Source: Actinomycetota bacterium (lineage in GTDB: Bacteria; Actinomycetota; Acidimicrobiia; Spongiisociales; UBA4744). From it: 64,000 nucleotides of DNA. The DNA lies in NCBI GenBank assembly GCA_013152275.1, contig JAADGS010000027.1, positions 62,001 to 126,000 of the forward strand. Direction: 5' to 3'. The position numbers and the translations under genes were made by a program. Below the pieces are notes generated by a model. It saw only the letters and a program-made list of their open reading frames with translations. It had not been told where the DNA came from and searched no databases. Of this stretch, positions 28,385 to 38,647 are shown piece by piece (the stretch's first letter is position 1; each line of letters starts with the position of its first letter).

Positions 28385-29803
28385 GTGGAACTGCGAGCCC
28401 TCGGCAGGCATGTATGGGAGATCCCGAAGGAAGGCGGGATGCGTGTGCCCGGTCGAGTCTTCATCCCGGAGATGTTTCTTGTGGAGGCGGACAAGGCGCT
28501 GACGCAGGTGAAAAACGTTGCGTGCCTTCCCGGTATCGTTGAAGCCTCGATGGCGATGCCGGACATCCATTGGGGATACGGGTTCCCGATCGGGGGCGTT
28601 GCGGCAACCGACATCGAAGACGGCGGCGTCGTTTCACCCGGCGGCGTGGGGTTCGATATCGGCTGCGGCGTACGGCTCCTCGCTTCCAGGTTCACGGCAG
28701 AGGACTTCGAAGCGCGGGCCGAGGCGGTAATGGGAGAGCTCGATCGACGGATTCCACGGGGCCTTGGCAAGGGAGCCGTCGCCGACCGCCTCGACATCGA
28801 CGAAGTGCTCAGTGACGGTGCTGCCGCGGTGCTTTCCGCCGGGTATGGCTGGGAGAGTGATCTGGATCGGTGTGAGGAGAATGGGACATCCGTCGGAGCA
28901 GTCCCCGCGTCGATCGGCGACCGCGCCAAACGGCGCGGGGGTGGACAATTGGGCTCGCTCGGGGCGGGTAACCACTTCCTCGAGGTCCAGGTCGTGGAGG
29001 AAATCCACGATGCCGCCACAGCGAACGTCTTTGGACTCGGTGCAGGGATGATCTGTGTGATGATCCACTGTGGGAGCCGGGGCCTCGGTCACCAGACCTG
29101 TACGGATCAACTGGAGATCATGGGCCGTGCCTCGGCTCGGTACGGGATCGAGCTTCCCGATCGGCAACTTGCCTCGGTCCCCGTGCGGTCCCCGGAGGGC
29201 GAACGGTATCTCGCCGCGATGGCGTCGGCAGCCAACTTCGCGTGGGCGAACCGGCACGTCCTCGCTCATGAAGTTCGTCAGGCCTTCGCTCGAGCATTTT
29301 CCACGACCCCGGAACATACGGGCATGCGACTCGTGTTCGACGTTGCGCACAATCTCGCCAAGATCGAGGAGCACATCGTCGATGGCTCGAGCCGGCGTTT
29401 GTGCGTACACCGCAAAGGGGCGACGCGTGCCTTTGGCCCCGGACATCCTGATCTCGCAGACGACCTCCGCGCGGTCGGCCAGCCAGTGCTCGTTCCGGGA
29501 TCCATGGGGACGGCGTCGTGGGTGCTCGCCGGTGTGGAGAACAATCCGGCATTCTTTTCGGCGGCGCACGGTGCCGGCCGGATGATGAGTCGCAAGAAGG
29601 CCAAGCGGCGCGGATCGGGTGCGGACGTCAAACGCGCGCTCGAGAGGAAGGGGATTGTGGTGCGCCCAGGTTCGGTGGCGCTCCTGTCCGAGGAGGCGCC
29701 CTATGCCTACAAGGATGTGGACACGGTCGTCGGTGTCTGTGAGGAAGTCTCTCTGGCTCGCAGGGTGGCGCGACTGCGACCGCTTGGGGTCGTCAAAGGG
29801 TAG
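28385..29803 (+). CDS. rtcB: RNA-splicing/repair ligase RtcB (archaeal/eukaryotic-type)
   Basis: MPDIHWGYGFPIGGV, GFDIGCG, GNHFLE, HCGSRG, HRKGAT, PGSMG, HGAGR, EEAP.AYKD. Confidence 0.96.
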   Translation: MELRALGRHVWEIPKEGGMRVPGRVFIPEMFLVEADKALTQVKNVACLPGIVEASMAMPDIHWGYGFPIGGVAATDIEDGGVVSPGGVGFDIGCGVRLLASRFTAEDFEARAEAVMGELDRRIPRGLGKGAVADRLDIDEVLSDGAAAVLSAGYGWESDLDRCEENGTSVGAVPASIGDRAKRRGGGQLGSLGAGNHFLEVQVVEEIHDAATANVFGLGAGMICVMIHCGSRGLGHQTCTDQLEIMGRASARYGIELPDRQLASVPVRSPEGERYLAAMASAANFAWANRHVLAHEVRQAFARAFSTTPEHTGMRLVFDVAHNLAKIEEHIVDGSSRRLCVHRKGATRAFGPGHPDLADDLRAVGQPVLVPGSMGTASWVLAGVENNPAFFSAAHGAGRMMSRKKAKRRGSGADVKRALERKGIVVRPGSVALLSEEAPYAYKDVDTVVGVCEEVSLARRVARLRPLGVVKG

Positions 29804-29841
29804 GAGGGTCGCCTCTCCGGTCGGTGACCCCGGTCGACCTT

Positions 29842-29884
29842 CGAAGTACGAGGTGCCGGGTACCGGGTATGCAGCACCGAGTAT
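29842..29884 (+). repeat. TACGAAG-family heptamer array (degenerate)
   Basis: cgaag-tacgagg-tgccggg-taccggg-tatgcag-caccgag-tat. Confidence 0.65.
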
Positions 29885-29893
29885 CCTCGAATC

Positions 29894-30439
29894 ATGTCCG
29901 ACGCCACCGCCCTCATCGTGATCGACGTGCAGCAGGGATTTGACGATTCCGGCTTTGGACGTCGCAATAACCCCGACTGTGAACGCAACGTGGCCATGCT
30001 GATCGATGCGTGGCGATCGAACGGCCGGCCACTGGTCTTCGTTCGGCATGACTCTGCAAAGAAAGGGTCCCCGCTCGCGCCAGGGACCGTGGGGAATGCT
30101 TTCAAGGATGTCGTTTCCGGCGACGCCGATCTGCTGGTCACCAAATCGGTGCACTCGGCGTTCTATGGACGGCCGGATCTCGACGCGTGGTTGCAGGAGC
30201 GGGGGATCGAGAAGGTGGCCATTTGCGGCATCCAGACGAACGTGTGCTGCGAGACGACCGCCCGGATGGCCTCGGACCTCGGGTATGAGGTGCAGTTCGT
30301 GGCCGATGCGACGTTCACGTTCGCCACGCACGGGCCGGATGGGGACGTCGTCTCGGCAGACGAGCTCACGAGGGCTACGTGTGCAAGCCTGGAAGGTGAG
30401 TTCGCGACGGTGGTGAGCACCGCGAATCTCGTGTCGTGA
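29894..30439 (+). CDS. Isochorismatase-family cysteine hydrolase
   Basis: ALIVIDVQ, K..HSAF, GIQTNVCCETTAR, DAT (Asp-Lys-Cys triad). Confidence 0.92.
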   Translation: MSDATALIVIDVQQGFDDSGFGRRNNPDCERNVAMLIDAWRSNGRPLVFVRHDSAKKGSPLAPGTVGNAFKDVVSGDADLLVTKSVHSAFYGRPDLDAWLQERGIEKVAICGIQTNVCCETTARMASDLGYEVQFVADATFTFATHGPDGDVVSADELTRATCASLEGEFATVVSTANLVS

Positions 30440-30448
30440 CAGGTCGAG

Positions 30449-30859
30449 CTATTCGAACAGGTCTCGCAATTTCCTACGGATGTCCGGGTGTGCATGGCGG
30501 CGCAGAACGATGTCGCGTCGGTAACTGCGGTGCACCTCCGCGATCTGACGGCCGGTCTGCTCGATGGTCTCGTTCAACGAAGCCTTGATCGATTCCAGAT
30601 CGCTCTCGAGACGTTCGATGCGTTCTCGGAGTTCGAGAACTTGTTTGACGCCCTCCAGGTTCAGGCCCTGGTCGGTGAGGCTCTGAATCAGAGCGAGGCG
30701 TTCAATGTCTTCCTGCGAGTACCGGCGCGTACCGCCCGGTGTCCGGTACGGCTCGATCAAACCCCGGCGTTCGTAGATGCGCAGCGTCTGCGGGTGCACA
30801 CCTGCGAGTTCGGCGGCCACCGAGATCACATAGACTGCCTGATCCTTGCGCTTCGCCAT
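30449..30859 (-). CDS. hspR: Heat-shock repressor HspR (MerR family)
   Basis: YVISVAAELAGVHPQTLRIYER.GL..P.RT.GG.RRYS; last gene of the dnaK operon. Confidence 0.95.
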   Translation of the reverse strand: MAKRKDQAVYVISVAAELAGVHPQTLRIYERRGLIEPYRTPGGTRRYSQEDIERLALIQSLTDQGLNLEGVKQVLELRERIERLESDLESIKASLNETIEQTGRQIAEVHRSYRRDIVLRRHAHPDIRRKLRDLFE

Positions 30860-30862
30860 GAT

Positions 30863-31990
30863 CTACACCTCGAGGCCTTCGCGAGGATTGATCCCCGCCT
30901 CGAATTCCTCTGCGAACTGCTGAAGCATCTTCTTGGCTTCCCTCGACAGCCTGGTGGGCACGACGACCTCGACGGTGACCAGGAGATCACCAGGGCGTCC
31001 CCTCTTCTTCTTGACGCCGCGGCCACGAACACGGAAGGTGCGCCCACTGCGGGTTCCGGCCGGGATCTTGAGGCGCACCGGTTCGTCGAGGGTCGGGACC
31101 GTGATCTCGGTTCCGAGCGCAGCCTCCGTGAACGTGATGGGCACCTTGATCTTCAGATTGTCGCCGGCACGCCGAAACAGCTTGTGTCTCGCCACGTGCA
31201 CCTTCACGAGCAAGTCGCCTGCAGGTCCACCGTTCTTTCCTGGAGCACCTTTGCCCTTGAGCCGCACGACGGCACCGTTCTTGACGCCTGCCGGGATCTT
31301 GACTTTGATCGTGCGGGAGAGCGTCGTCGTTCCAGAGCCATGACACGTGTGGCATGGGGTTCTCACCGTCGTCCCGGTGCCGCCGCATGTTGGGCATGGC
31401 CTGGTCGTGGAGAAGAAACCTTGGCTCTGGGCGACCACGCCGCTTCCGCGGCACGTCGGACACGTCTCCACCGGAGTACCCGGCTCCGCTCCACTACCTC
31501 GACACGTCCGACACACCGTCTCGCCCTTGACGGACACCGTTGTCGTGACGCCGCGAATCGCGTCTTCGAAAGACAGATGGAGTTCGGCGCTCGTGTCGGC
31601 TCCTCGCTGCGGGCCGGACCGTCGACCTGCGGTGCCTCCGAATCCGAACACTTCTCCGAGGCCTCCCCCGAACAGATCCCCGAGGTCCTCGAATCGAATC
31701 TTCTGGCCGGCACCGAAGCCGCCGGGAGCGTTCTGGAAGCCGCGGAACCCACCGGAATCGACCATCCGCCGCACCTCGTCGTACTCCTTTCGCTGCTCCT
31801 CATTGGAGAGCGTCGCATACGCCTCCGAGATGTCCTTGAACTTCTCTTCGGCTTTCGCGTCAGTAGGGTTCGCGTCGGGGTGGTACTGCTGAGCGAGTTT
31901 GCGGTAGGCGCGCTTGATCTCCTTGGCGTCCGCATTCTTCGAGACACCAAGGACTTTGTAGAAATCCTTGTCGACCCAGTCCCTATTCAT
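30863..31990 (-). CDS. dnaJ: Chaperone DnaJ
   Basis: J-domain HPD, G/F region, four CxxCxGxG repeats. Confidence 0.97.
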   Translation of the reverse strand: MNRDWVDKDFYKVLGVSKNADAKEIKRAYRKLAQQYHPDANPTDAKAEEKFKDISEAYATLSNEEQRKEYDEVRRMVDSGGFRGFQNAPGGFGAGQKIRFEDLGDLFGGGLGEVFGFGGTAGRRSGPQRGADTSAELHLSFEDAIRGVTTTVSVKGETVCRTCRGSGAEPGTPVETCPTCRGSGVVAQSQGFFSTTRPCPTCGGTGTTVRTPCHTCHGSGTTTLSRTIKVKIPAGVKNGAVVRLKGKGAPGKNGGPAGDLLVKVHVARHKLFRRAGDNLKIKVPITFTEAALGTEITVPTLDEPVRLKIPAGTRSGRTFRVRGRGVKKKRGRPGDLLVTVEVVVPTRLSREAKKMLQQFAEEFEAGINPREGLEV

Positions 31991-32552
31991 GATCCACTGC
32001 GACGAGTGCTGCGCGGATCACACGACCATGCAACGTGTAGCCACGGCGCATCTCTTTGGTAACCACGAGCCTGCCTTCGCCCTCCGAAGGGGCGATAGCT
32101 GCTTCGTGGGCCTCCGGGTCGAAGGGAACTCCGACGGACGGGATCGGTTCCAGGCCCTCGTTGCGGAGGATGTCCAGGAGGAGATCGCGAGTGCTGCGGA
32201 CTCCCTCGAGGAGTCGCTCCTCGGCCGGTGAGCCCGGCTCGGTGGCAAGAGCGGCATCGAGCGAGTCCAGCACCGGCAGCAGGTTCTTGGTGACCCGCTC
32301 GGCCGCCCGTTCGATGTTCTGTGCCTGCTCGCGCAGCATTCGCTTCCGGTAATTGTCAAAATCGGCCGCGACGCGCTGCAGATCGTTGAGGTAGGTTCCT
32401 GCTTCCTGCTGGAGCGCCGCCACGGTCCGCAGGAGAACCTGGACTGCCTGGGACGGGTCCTCAGGCAGCTCCAGTCCGAGATCGCGCGGGTCGATAACCT
32501 CTTCTTCCGGCAGGATCTCTGCCGGCACGACAGCTTCTGGCTCTTCGGTCAT
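31983..32552 (-). CDS. grpE: Nucleotide exchange factor GrpE
   Basis: ADFDNYRKR, LLPVLD, FDP..HEA, GY....RVIR.A.V.V. Confidence 0.95.
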   Translation of the reverse strand: MTEEPEAVVPAEILPEEEVIDPRDLGLELPEDPSQAVQVLLRTVAALQQEAGTYLNDLQRVAADFDNYRKRMLREQAQNIERAAERVTKNLLPVLDSLDAALATEPGSPAEERLLEGVRSTRDLLLDILRNEGLEPIPSVGVPFDPEAHEAAIAPSEGEGRLVVTKEMRRGYTLHGRVIRAALVAVDHE

Positions 32553-34390
32553 CAGGACTCATCACCTTCGTCGATGATCTCGGCTTCGACGACGTCCTCG
32601 TCGGAGGGGCCTTCATCGCTCCCGGCCGCCGTTTGCTGGGCCTGCTCGGCCTGCTGTTGGTACAGCCGCTGTGCGAGGGACTGCGAAGCCGACACCACGG
32701 CGTCCATCTTCGCCCGGAGGTCTTCCGTCGACGCGTTCTCGTCGTTGAGCGTCGTTCGCAGCTCTTCGAGCGCAGACGTGATCGCCGTCTTCTCCTCGTC
32801 GTTGAGTTGTTCCGCCTGCTCGGTCAGCAACTTGTCCGTCTGGTGCGCCAACTGGTCTGCCTGGTTGCGCGTCTCTGCTGCTTCACGAAGCCTGCGGTCC
32901 TCTTCTGCGTACTGTTCGGCATCGTGAACCATGCGATCGATGTCCTCTTGGGCCAGGGCAGTGCCACCGGTGATCGTCATGGCCTGCTCTTTGCCGGTGC
33001 CGAGGTCTTTCGCCGAGACGTGAACGATGCCGTTCGCATCGATGTCGAACGTCACCTCGATCTGGGGGACCCCCATCGGAGCAGGTGGAATACCCGTCAA
33101 GCGAAACTTGCCAAGGCTCTTGTTCGCGGCAGCCATCTGGCGCTCGCCCTGCAGCACGTGAATCTCCACCTCCGGCTGGTTGTCGTCGGCCGTCGTGAAG
33201 ATCTCGGACCGGCGGGTCGGGATCGTGGTATTGCGCTCGATCATCTTGGTGGCGATACCGCCCTTGGTCTCGATCGACAGCGTGAGGGGGGTCACGTCGA
33301 GCAGGAGGATGTCCTTGACATCTCCGGTGAGCACACCGGCCTGGATGGCGGCGCCGGCAGCGACCACCTCGTCCGGGTTGACGCCCTTGTGGGGTTCCTT
33401 GCCGCCGGTGAGGTCACGTACCAGCTCCTGGACGGCCGGCATCCGGGTCGATCCACCGACCAGCACGACGTCATCGATCGCGGACACGGAGATGCCGGCG
33501 TCCTTGATGGCCTGCTCGAATGGCGGCTTGCACTTCGCCAAGAGGTCCTCGGTCATCTTCTGGAACGTGGATCGGGAGAGCTTGACCTGCATGTGGAGCG
33601 GTCCCGCTGCCGTTGCCGTGATGAACGGAAGGTTGATCTCGGTTTCGGCGACCTGCGACAACTCGATCTTCGCCTTCTCGGCCGCTTCTTTCAGGCGTTG
33701 GACCGCCATGCGATCCGCCGACAGGTCGACGCCATGCTCGTTCTTGAACTCGGTGACGAGCCAGTCGACGATCGCCTGGTCCCAGTCGTCGCCGCCCAGG
33801 TGGGTGTTCCCCGACGTGGACTTCACCTCGAAGACGCCCTCACCGATCTCCAGGACGGACACGTCGAACGTGCCGCCACCGAGGTCGAACACCAGGATCG
33901 TATGGTCGTGTTCCTTGTCGAGACCGTAGGCGAGTGAAGACGCCGTCGGTTCGTTGATGATGCGCTGCACTTCGAGGCCTGCGATCTGTCCAGCCTCTTT
34001 CGTGGCCTGGCGCTGCGCGTCGTTGAAGTATGCGGGCACGGTGATTACCGCTTCGGTGACCGGCTCCCCGAGGTACGACTCGGCATCACGCTTGAGCTTC
34101 ATCAGGATGCGTGCGGAGATCTCTTGGGGCGTGTAGCTCTTGCCTTCGATCTCGACTTTCCAGTTCGGATCGCCCATGTGTCGCTTCACGGAGTGGATCG
34201 TGCGGTCCGGGTTGGTGATCGCCTGCCGTTTGGCGACTTCTCCGACCATCACCTCGCCGTCCTTGAACGCGACGACCGACGGGGTGGTGCGGGCGCCTTC
34301 CGCGTTCGGGATGATGATGGGCTCGCCGCCTTCGAGGGTGGCGATCACGCTGTTTGTGGTACCGAGGTCGATACCGACTGCCTTGGCCAT
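32552..34390 (-). CDS. dnaK: Chaperone DnaK
   Basis: [46 protein letters not shown]. Confidence 0.98.
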   Translation of the reverse strand: MAKAVGIDLGTTNSVIATLEGGEPIIIPNAEGARTTPSVVAFKDGEVMVGEVAKRQAITNPDRTIHSVKRHMGDPNWKVEIEGKSYTPQEISARILMKLKRDAESYLGEPVTEAVITVPAYFNDAQRQATKEAGQIAGLEVQRIINEPTASSLAYGLDKEHDHTILVFDLGGGTFDVSVLEIGEGVFEVKSTSGNTHLGGDDWDQAIVDWLVTEFKNEHGVDLSADRMAVQRLKEAAEKAKIELSQVAETEINLPFITATAAGPLHMQVKLSRSTFQKMTEDLLAKCKPPFEQAIKDAGISVSAIDDVVLVGGSTRMPAVQELVRDLTGGKEPHKGVNPDEVVAAGAAIQAGVLTGDVKDILLLDVTPLTLSIETKGGIATKMIERNTTIPTRRSEIFTTADDNQPEVEIHVLQGERQMAAANKSLGKFRLTGIPPAPMGVPQIEVTFDIDANGIVHVSAKDLGTGKEQAMTITGGTALAQEDIDRMVHDAEQYAEEDRRLREAAETRNQADQLAHQTDKLLTEQAEQLNDEEKTAITSALEELRTTLNDENASTEDLRAKMDAVVSASQSLAQRLYQQQAEQAQQTAAGSDEGPSDEDVVEAEIIDEGDES

Positions 34391-34428
34391 GGGGAACTCC
34401 TCAACTGTGTCAGATTTAGTGTGTCACA

Positions 34429-34458
34429 AGTGTATAACCTGAGTGACCCTTTGTCATA
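34429..34458 (-). promoter_or_regulatory. Putative housekeeping-sigma promoter of dnaK with a HAIR-like half-site
   Basis: Minus strand ATGACA-N17-TACACT; the spacer contains ACTCAGG (HAIR arm ACTCAAG). Confidence 0.6.
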
Positions 34459-34473
34459 TTTCATCTTTGTCAC

Positions 34474-34524
34474 TGAACCCAGGGCTCAGGGGGGTCGTCA
34501 CGACCCCCCTGAGCCCTGGGTTCA
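34474..34524. repeat. REP-like palindrome, copy 1
   Basis: tgaacccagggctcaggggggtcg-tca-cgacccccctgagccctgggttca, perfect 24-bp arms. Confidence 0.9.
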
Positions 34525-34533
34525 ATGAGGGGG

Positions 34534-35592
34534 CTACGCGGTGGCGGCGAGGCGTCCCTCGAGGCGGTGGCCGAGCACCTTGACGATCGGGACGAGTGCC
34601 GCGCAGATGGCCACGCCGATGGCCAGCGTCACCCAGACGTCCCTGAGGGCAGAGCCTTCGACGGCGATCTTGAAGATCGGATCCAGGAAGTAGTACGTCG
34701 GTCCCAGGTGCGCGATCCACTGTGGCAGGTTCGGGAAGATCGGAAAGATCACCGGGAAGAGGAGCAAGATCCCTGCCGACTTGAACAGGGTGAACAGGAC
34801 GGTCGAGTCCTTGGATACGGACCCGAGGATGAGGCCGATCTCGGCCATCATCACGCCGGCGATCGCGAGCGAGATCAGCATGGCTCCACCATGGCGGCCC
34901 CAGGCGGAGTTGAGGAGCAGCGTGAACACCCCGGTTGCGATCGCCAGCACAAACCCGAACAAGCCCTTGGCGGCCAGCACCTCCGTCATGCGAGCCGGTG
35001 TGGCCAGTACGGCGTCGAGGGTGCGGTTCTCCCGCTCTTGCACGATGCTCATGGCCGGAATGAACGAGCCGCCGATGACTACGGCGTAGATCATCACGAG
35101 TGGCAGAAGGCGGGTGACGAGGTCGTATCCTTCCTGGCCGAGCGAGATCACCTTCACGTCGACGGGGGCCGGAGCGCCCGCGATGCTCCGGATGAGATCG
35201 AGCATGGTCACCTCGAGGATGATGCGGTTCGACACAAGACTCTCCCCGGAGACGAACAGGTGCAGCTCCGGCATTGCGCCCGTCTTCACGTCCGTGTCGA
35301 AACCGGGCTGGAGAACGAGTCCGGCATCGAGGTCGTTCGACTCGACCATGCGCTTGAGCTTCTCCACCGAATCGAGGACGGTCACCTTGATCCCATCGAG
35401 TTGCCGGACCTGCGCCGTGATGACCGAGTTCCCTTCATCGACAACACCGAGGCGGGGCTGTGCTTGGAACAAGGTCCCGAACACGCCTCGAATCAGCAGA
35501 GTGATCAGGATCGGCAGGACGATCGCGTAGAGGAGCAACGGCGATCTGGGTCCGACCTGGAGCTCGCGTCGGAACAGGGCAAGAAGTCTCAT
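34534..35592 (-). CDS. ABC-2 type exporter permease
   Basis: N-terminal TM, extracellular loop, VQERENRTLDAVLATP, AKG, C-terminal TMs; ATG overlaps the upstream stop. Confidence 0.9.
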   Translation of the reverse strand: MRLLALFRRELQVGPRSPLLLYAIVLPILITLLIRGVFGTLFQAQPRLGVVDEGNSVITAQVRQLDGIKVTVLDSVEKLKRMVESNDLDAGLVLQPGFDTDVKTGAMPELHLFVSGESLVSNRIILEVTMLDLIRSIAGAPAPVDVKVISLGQEGYDLVTRLLPLVMIYAVVIGGSFIPAMSIVQERENRTLDAVLATPARMTEVLAAKGLFGFVLAIATGVFTLLLNSAWGRHGGAMLISLAIAGVMMAEIGLILGSVSKDSTVLFTLFKSAGILLLFPVIFPIFPNLPQWIAHLGPTYYFLDPIFKIAVEGSALRDVWVTLAIGVAICAALVPIVKVLGHRLEGRLAATA

Positions 35593-36671
35593 AGCGTCTC
35601 GACTTTCCGCTTGAGGACGAAGACTCCTGCGCCAAAGGCGACGGCGCTCCATGCGACGGTCATCGCGAAGAAGGGAGCGGTCTCGCTCCATCCGGCTCCA
35701 TAGGATGTGGCACGCACGATGGCTTCGGTCATGCCGTAGGACGGCAGGACCTGGATCCACGTCGCCGGCGTGCCCGGGAACAAAGCCGCTCCGGCGGGAA
35801 TCATGATCGGAATCATGAGGAACATGCTCCAGAAGAGAATCTCGATGAAATCCTTGCCGGTCGCTCCTGCAAGCAGGGCAAGCCCGGTCACGAGGAACGC
35901 ACCGAGGAGGAGCGCGGCCGCGAGCACGAGCGGCCGGCCGCCAAATGATCGGATCGCGACCATCAGGACGGCGACTTCGGCGAACGCAAGCCCGGTGCCG
36001 AGCAGCGTCTTGGCTGCCAGGAAGTCCGACGTCCGAGCCGGTGTCACGAGTATGGCCGTGACGGTTCGGGAGCGTATCTCCTCGGCGATGAGCGCGGCAA
36101 AGGCGAACATTTCCATCATGAGGGCGAAGATGGCCAACAGCGGGCGCATCCGCTCTTGCATCGAGATCTGGTCACCCGTCCGGTCCGGACCGAGCACCAT
36201 GGCTTCTTCGGCCGGCGCCGACACCGGTGGCCGGTTGCCGGCGATCATGTAGGCGAGCTCGCGAACCATGCTGCGCATGGCCTCGCGGATCTCGGGGGGT
36301 GTACCGGCCGGAACGAACACCCGCACGGTGGTCTGCCGACCGGTCGCGACGGCGCTCAGAAAGCCATCGGGGAAGTCGATTCCTGCGGCCAGTTGGTTCT
36401 GTTTCTCTTCGACCGCGGTCTGCAGCGCCTCCGATGTGTCGAAGTTCGTCAAGGCGAGCCCCTCCTGGTCGCCAAGTCGGGCGAGGAGCGTCTCGATCCC
36501 GGTTCCGTGGACTCCGAGACGGATCGTTTCGTCGACGGTGTCAGGCATCGCCCAGAAGAGCGCGACGTAGCCGACGAGGGCGAGCGTGGTGATGAACACG
36601 AAGAAGCGATCCCTGCTCATCTGGGCGACGTCCTTGCGGACGATCGCCCAGATGATGCGTCCTCGGTTCAT
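35589..36671 (-). CDS. ABC-2 type exporter permease
   Basis: AEEIRSRTVTAILVTP, FLAAKTL, multiple TMs. Confidence 0.9.
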   Translation of the reverse strand: MNRGRIIWAIVRKDVAQMSRDRFFVFITTLALVGYVALFWAMPDTVDETIRLGVHGTGIETLLARLGDQEGLALTNFDTSEALQTAVEEKQNQLAAGIDFPDGFLSAVATGRQTTVRVFVPAGTPPEIREAMRSMVRELAYMIAGNRPPVSAPAEEAMVLGPDRTGDQISMQERMRPLLAIFALMMEMFAFAALIAEEIRSRTVTAILVTPARTSDFLAAKTLLGTGLAFAEVAVLMVAIRSFGGRPLVLAAALLLGAFLVTGLALLAGATGKDFIEILFWSMFLMIPIMIPAGAALFPGTPATWIQVLPSYGMTEAIVRATSYGAGWSETAPFFAMTVAWSAVAFGAGVFVLKRKVETL

Positions 36672-37531
36672 GCCACGAGCCTCTTGCCGGCGAAGTGAAT
36701 GAAGATATCCTCCAACGTGGCCTCTTCCGTGTGGATCGTGAGGAGGTCGTCCTGGGCGACTGCCTGGCGGATCCGCTCGCCGGCATCCTGATCGTCGAGT
36801 GGGATGACGATCTCGACGATTTCGCCGTCCCTCCTGGCTCTGATCCTGACGGAACGCCGGCCGTAGGTCTGCTTGAGGTTTTCTGGTGTGTCGGTGACCA
36901 GGATGCGGCCCTCATCGATGAACGCGACACGATCGGACAGCTTGTCGGCCTCCGTCATGTCGTGGGTCGTCAGCAACACGGCTGCTCCACGAAGCGCCTC
37001 TTCCCGGATCACCTGACGAATCGACTGAGACGAGACCGGATCGAGACCGTCGGTCGGCTCGTCGAGGAACAGAACGTCGGGTGTGTTGATGAGCACCCTG
37101 GCAATCATGAGGCGCTGCTTCATTCCCTTGGAGAACTCGGCGACCCGATCACCGCCGCGGTCGGCGAGGTCGACTCTTCGAAGGAGCGAGTCGGCGTCGA
37201 GATTGGCGATTCCGAAGAGCCGACCGAAGAAGATCAGGTTCTCCCTGGCCGACATGTTGCCGTAGAGATTCTTTTCTTCGAACGCCACGCCGATGCGGGC
37301 CTGAATCTCCGTGGCCCTTGTGGGCATGCTCATGCCGAGGATCGTGATCGTGCCCGTCTGCGGCTTCAGCTGGCCGGTGAGCATCTTGATGGTCGTCGAC
37401 TTGCCGGCGCCGTTCGGGCCCAGGAATCCGAGGATCTCTCCCGGCGCGACGGTGAAACCGATGTCGTCGACGGCGAGTTGCCCGTCGTACGAGTAGCCGA
37501 TCCCTTCGACCCGGATGGCTGGTTCACTCAT
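36668..37531 (-). CDS. ABC exporter ATP-binding protein
   Basis: GPNGAGKST, FSKGMKQR, LDEPTDGLDP, LTTH. Confidence 0.94.
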   Translation of the reverse strand: MSEPAIRVEGIGYSYDGQLAVDDIGFTVAPGEILGFLGPNGAGKSTTIKMLTGQLKPQTGTITILGMSMPTRATEIQARIGVAFEEKNLYGNMSARENLIFFGRLFGIANLDADSLLRRVDLADRGGDRVAEFSKGMKQRLMIARVLINTPDVLFLDEPTDGLDPVSSQSIRQVIREEALRGAAVLLTTHDMTEADKLSDRVAFIDEGRILVTDTPENLKQTYGRRSVRIRARRDGEIVEIVIPLDDQDAGERIRQAVAQDDLLTIHTEEATLEDIFIHFAGKRLVA

Positions 37532-37996
37532 GTGGTCCCCTTCTTCCAGCGTTCCATGAGTGCAGGCCACTCTCGTTCCCAGAAGAGAAAGGCATCGCGC
37601 ATCTCCACGAGGCGGTTTCCTCGGTTCGTGTCATTGCCGACGGCGGCGATGCCACGTTCAGCCAGCCGGCGCAGGTTGATGATCTCATCTCCTTGGCGCT
37701 CGAAGACCGTCTGCCAAGCTCCGGGTGTGACACGGTGGTGCATCTCGCGGGATCCCGGCTTTCGGTACCGGTCGATAAGCCCCACCTGCTCGAGAAGACG
37801 ACTCATCGTGCTCGTGGAGCTCTTCGAGGTGCCCAGTGCCTTCACCAGCTCGCCCGTGGACTGGCCGGGGGGGATCACACACCATCAGCCATCCGATCAG
37901 GCGACCTGCCATTCGGGGGAGGCCGTTGGACACGTAGTAGGAACCGAAGGCCTCGACGATCCGTGCAATGTCGGAGTCTTCATCACTCGGCGGCAT
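37528..37996 (-). pseudogene. GbsR/MarR-family regulator split by a +1 frameshift in a C7 tract
   Basis: N-part GLPRMAGRLIGWLMVCDPP (ORF 37685..37996) joins GQSTGELVKALGTSKSSTSTMSRLL (ORF 37528..37878) if one G of G7 at 37867-37873 is removed. Confidence 0.85.
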
Positions 37997-37997
37997 G

Positions 37998-38030
37998 ATC
38001 GTTCCGAACGTTCAGGAATGACCGAACGAT
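37998..38030. promoter_or_regulatory. Inverted repeat, putative operator of the GbsR/MarR-like regulator
   Basis: ATCGTTC...GAACGAT immediately upstream of the regulator ATG in the divergent spacer. Confidence 0.45.
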
Positions 38031-38053
38031 ACCAAATTGGTACCGTGGAGATC

Positions 38054-38455
38054 ATGCAGATACCCGAAGCAGCGGAGCAGCGTCTCCAACGAGAACTGAT
38101 CATCTGGTTGACCACGGTCACGCCGACCGGGCGGCCGCAGACGTCACCGGTGTGGTTCTTGTGGAAGGACGGCGAGTTCCTCATCTACAGCCTCGCCGAT
38201 ACGGCACGGGTTCGGAACATTCGGGCGAATCCGCATGTCGCCCTCAACTTCGATGGGGACGGTGTGGGCGGTGCAGTCGTGACCTTCGAAGGAGTCGCGC
38301 GTATCGATGATGCTGCCCCGCCGGCGAGCGGCATGCCCGAGTATGTCGAGAAGTATCGTGACGACATGGCCGAGAACAAGTGGACGCCGGAGGTGTTCTC
38401 GGCCCGCTATTCGGTGCCGATCCGAATCACCCCGCGGCGGGTCCGATCCTGGTGA
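38054..38455 (+). CDS. PPOX-class F420-dependent oxidoreductase (Rv3369-like)
   Basis: IIWLTTV...G.PQ.SPVWFLW, RNI.ANP.V.LNF, Y..KY, YSVPIRITP...RSW. Confidence 0.88.
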   Translation: MQIPEAAEQRLQRELIIWLTTVTPTGRPQTSPVWFLWKDGEFLIYSLADTARVRNIRANPHVALNFDGDGVGGAVVTFEGVARIDDAAPPASGMPEYVEKYRDDMAENKWTPEVFSARYSVPIRITPRRVRSW

Positions 38456-38647
38456 GAGGGTGGGGGTCGGGTCTTCTCGGTGTCGTGCGTTCGATTCGAG
38501 TGATCCGTCAGGGTTGGTGTATTCACCGACGACCGACTGTTCCGTGGTGCGGTGGATCGATGGGAGAGTTCGATCGTTGCACCGAAACCGATGTGCTGTG
38601 ACTGTGGTCACAGGGGCTCTTTGAAGACATGCTCACGCCTCAGGGAG

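Noticed and set aside
32633..33937. 434-aa ORF antisense to dnaK
   Set aside because: Well-known antisense open frame of hsp70 genes; no independent evidence of coding
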